NCBI GenBank assembly: GCA_013239625.1
Contig: MU054323.1
Span: 17,178,029-17,242,028 of the forward strand
Source of the DNA: Lama guanicoe
Taxonomy: Eukaryota
Direction of reading: 5' to 3'
Length of the DNA: 64,000 bases
Position numbers and translations under genes: made by a program. A model generated the notes under the pieces. The model was not told where the DNA came from. It saw only the letters and a program-made list of their open reading frames with translations, and made no database searches. Below are positions 61,603-64,000 of the stretch, piece after piece; within the stretch, counting starts at the first letter, position 1; each line of letters opens with the position of its first letter.

Positions 61603-61783
61603 CTTTCACAAAGCTCTGAATGTGGAATCCCATAGTTAGACCTACTCTTTCTGTTTTCTTTAGCAATTTGTTTAGAGACAGAAATTGCAGATTTGTTGAG
61701 GCCGGATGCTAATGATTTTAGTCAGAAGGTTGTTCAGAGAATCAACCAGAATAAGCTGTGGAATCTGTCTGGTTTTCCTACGT
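61603..61783 (-). pseudogene. Degenerate duplicate (pseudo-exon) of the DHX57 Walker-A exon 60079-60274
   Basis: Collinear end-to-end similarity to 60079-60274 (ccagaataagctgtggaatctgtctggttttcctacgtctg vs ccagaataaactgtggaatctgtgtggttttcccacatctg); AG and GT at homologous ends; frameshifting deletions. Confidence 0.88.
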
Positions 61784-61864
61784 CTGAATAAATGGGAGGA
61801 TCTTATAAGAGAAATAATCCCTCTTGCTTAGCACCCATCCAGCTCCTCTGGCAAGAGTCTCTAC

Positions 61865-62075
61865 TGGCACTGTTCAACAGGACTCTTTGTGCTGACGGAA
61901 ATGCTCTGTATTTGTGTTGTCCAATATAGCAACCTCTGGCTACATGCAACTACTGAGCACTTGAAATATGGCCAGTGCTACTAAGAAACTGAATTTTTTG
62001 TTTTATTTAATTTTAATTAATTAAACTTTCAATAGCTACATGTGGATAGAAGCTACCATACAGGACAGCATAGTT
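61865..62075. mobile_element. MER3-like hAT-Charlie DNA transposon
   Basis: gtccaatatagcaacctctggctacatgcaactactgagcacttgaaatatggccagtgctactaagaaactgaatttt. Confidence 0.8.
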
Positions 62076-63036
62076 CTGCATAGTATCAGATTTTTACTGA
62101 AGTAATAATCAAAGCATTCGTTAAAGGATTCTTTTTGGCCAACCAACACATCTATGTAACTCAGTCTGACATCTAATGGCCAATGCTATAAACACTATAC
62201 TGTAGGTTAAAACTGTGGATGTAGTTTTGAATAACATAAGAAATTTATACTAACACTTAATTAACATATACATTTTCTGCAAATAATTTTATCATATAAA
62301 TTTATCACTTCTAAACACATTGTTCAAACTGAATATGTAATTTTTCGTTTCTATCGTTTATTATTTATGGTACGATTTTCTACTCAATGTGACATTCTAC
62401 GGGTGTTGTACCATATATGTAATACTGTCATACTGTGTCAAAAACCAGAAGTACAGAGCTTATAACTGGAAGGGCCCTTAGACAGCATCTAATTCAGTCC
62501 CCAAACTGGTTAAGCATACATCCTACATCCAACTCTGCCCTAACAGTTCGCTTGTGAGTTCTTTCAAAATAACCTTCATGTGAATGGGGTCAAAATAACT
62601 TGGACTTTGGAAACAAGAGAATTAGCTTGAACCCCTGTGTTGTCACTTACCAGCTCTGTGACCTTGGGCCAATTATTTATTCCTGTGAGCCTCTGAAATG
62701 GGGTCCGAGTCCCTCCTTACCCTTCTCCTTTCCTACACTGATATTTCTAACATAAATCACAGTATTACTTTTCCTTTCATTTATCAGATTTCTATCATAA
62801 TACCAAAGCCACATGACTCCGAGAATATCTGGTATATATGTGTTTCATTTTCATCAGCCAGTGGATTTTCCAAAACTATCTAGAACATGCATCCAAGTTT
62901 GCTGTGGCATGCAGAAACTCTGACCAATAGAGTAAAAGAGAGCCAAAAAGAAAGTATACTAGGGAGGGTAGCCAAAACTTCCTAAATCCTAATCCCTTCA
63001 TCCACACATGCTAGCCATTCTCTCCGAATACCCTAC

Positions 63037-63215
63037 CTGTTTTATTCGGAACTGCTTGCAGATTTTAGCATTTTCGGCATGTACTGACTTTGCCTGCCAG
63101 TCATATCTTTTGGAAATCTTTTTCTTAAGGTTGACATAGCTTTCATTCTCCACTACAACTGGTGCAGGACCTTCATCCTCATCTGTCTCCTCCTCAGGTT
63201 CTGATTCTTTTTTAA
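63037..63215 (-). CDS. DHX57: DHX57 coding exon (most 5' exon in the window; the gene continues beyond 64000)
   Basis: ccccttcaag|xKKESEPEEETDEDEGPAPVVVENESYVNLKKKISKRYDWQAKSVHAENAKICKQFRIKQ|gtaggg; 179 nt, phase 1/0. Confidence 0.9.
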
Positions 63216-63529
63216 CTTGAAGGGGATAAAAGGAAACATTTCGATATGGTGCCCTTTCTTTAGAAACAGGGGAAGTGACTATCTAACGAAGTAACAACAA
63301 CAAAAAAATCATAAAATGGAGAAAATGTTAAAGCTTGAATAAAGCAAGTTCACTCATTTTAGTACTACTGCTTCTACTGCTAACGAACTTAAAATGCATC
63401 TTCAAACAAACTTTAATCAAGTGTAAGTGGCTATGGTTAAACCAAATTAAAAACAAAGAAGAGAAAATCTCAGCATGCCTTGTTAATCCAGTAGACTCTT
63501 TACATTCAGTAATTAACAGAAAGCTTCAA

Positions 63530-64000
63530 ATATTTGAAAGTGTTGCCCAAAATTCAATGACACAAAATAACCCAAATGTCTACAAAATGATGAGTTAATA
63601 AATAAAATGTGGCATGTCCATACAATGGAACATTATTCAGTAATAAAAAGGAATAAAGTACTGACACATGCTACAACATGGATGAAACTTGAAACATTCT
63701 GCTAAGTGAAAGAAGCCAATCACAAAAAGCCACATATTTATTGTCTGATTCCATATCTATGAAATGTCCAGAACAGGCAACTCCACAGAGACAGAATGTA
63801 GACTCATGGTTTTTAGGGGTTCAGGGAAGGGAGAAATGAGGACTTGCTAACAGTTACAGGGTTTCTTTTTGGGGTGATGAAAATGTTCTGGAATTAGACA
63901 TCGGTCATGGTTGCACAACTCTGTGAATATACTAAAAACCACTGAAGTGTACACTTTAAAAGGGTGAATTTTATATCTTGATAAAGCTGTTATTCTTTTT
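63530..64000 (+). mobile_element. Old L1 3' end (L1MB/ME-like)
   Basis: atgctacaacatggatgaaacttgaaacattctgctaagtgaaagaagcc...ggggtgatgaaaatgttctggaattag. Confidence 0.8.

Noticed and set aside
61820..61875. Possible remnant of a duplicated copy of exon 61435-61556 (shared cttgcttagca)
   Set aside because: Only an 11-nt match, and the adjacent similarity coincides with the MER3 terminus; insufficient without a formal alignment.

Overview
Mammalian (eutherian) genomic DNA. The tRNA-Ala-derived SINEs and young L1 3' ends look camelid (alpaca/camel-type), which is an inference from repeat recognition. Three protein-coding loci are present: (1) an intact intronless TTC39-family ORF (586 aa, +, 6557-8317), most likely the retrogene TTC39D; (2) GEMIN6 (+), with a CpG-island promoter and two coding exons giving 166 aa; (3) the 3' part of the DEAH-box helicase DHX57 (-), with 19 coding exons from 63215 down to the stop at 31091, all GT-AG and in compatible phase, while the 5' exons lie beyond the window. 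The rest is mostly interspersed repeats (L1, L2, MIR, MaLR, hAT/Tigger MERs, SINEs). The most notable unannotated observations are: a degenerate genomic duplicate of the DHX57 Walker-A exon (61603-61783) that keeps both splice sites and would introduce an immediate stop; a two-LTR, internally deleted class III ERV with an Arg primer-binding site and pol/env traces just 3' of GEMIN6; two SINEs stacked at one target site, leaving a triplicated 16-bp TSD; and a perfect 21-bp-arm palindrome in a DHX57 intron. I see no evidence of a wholly new gene system. Gene and repeat family names come from recognition of the sequence, not from database searches.
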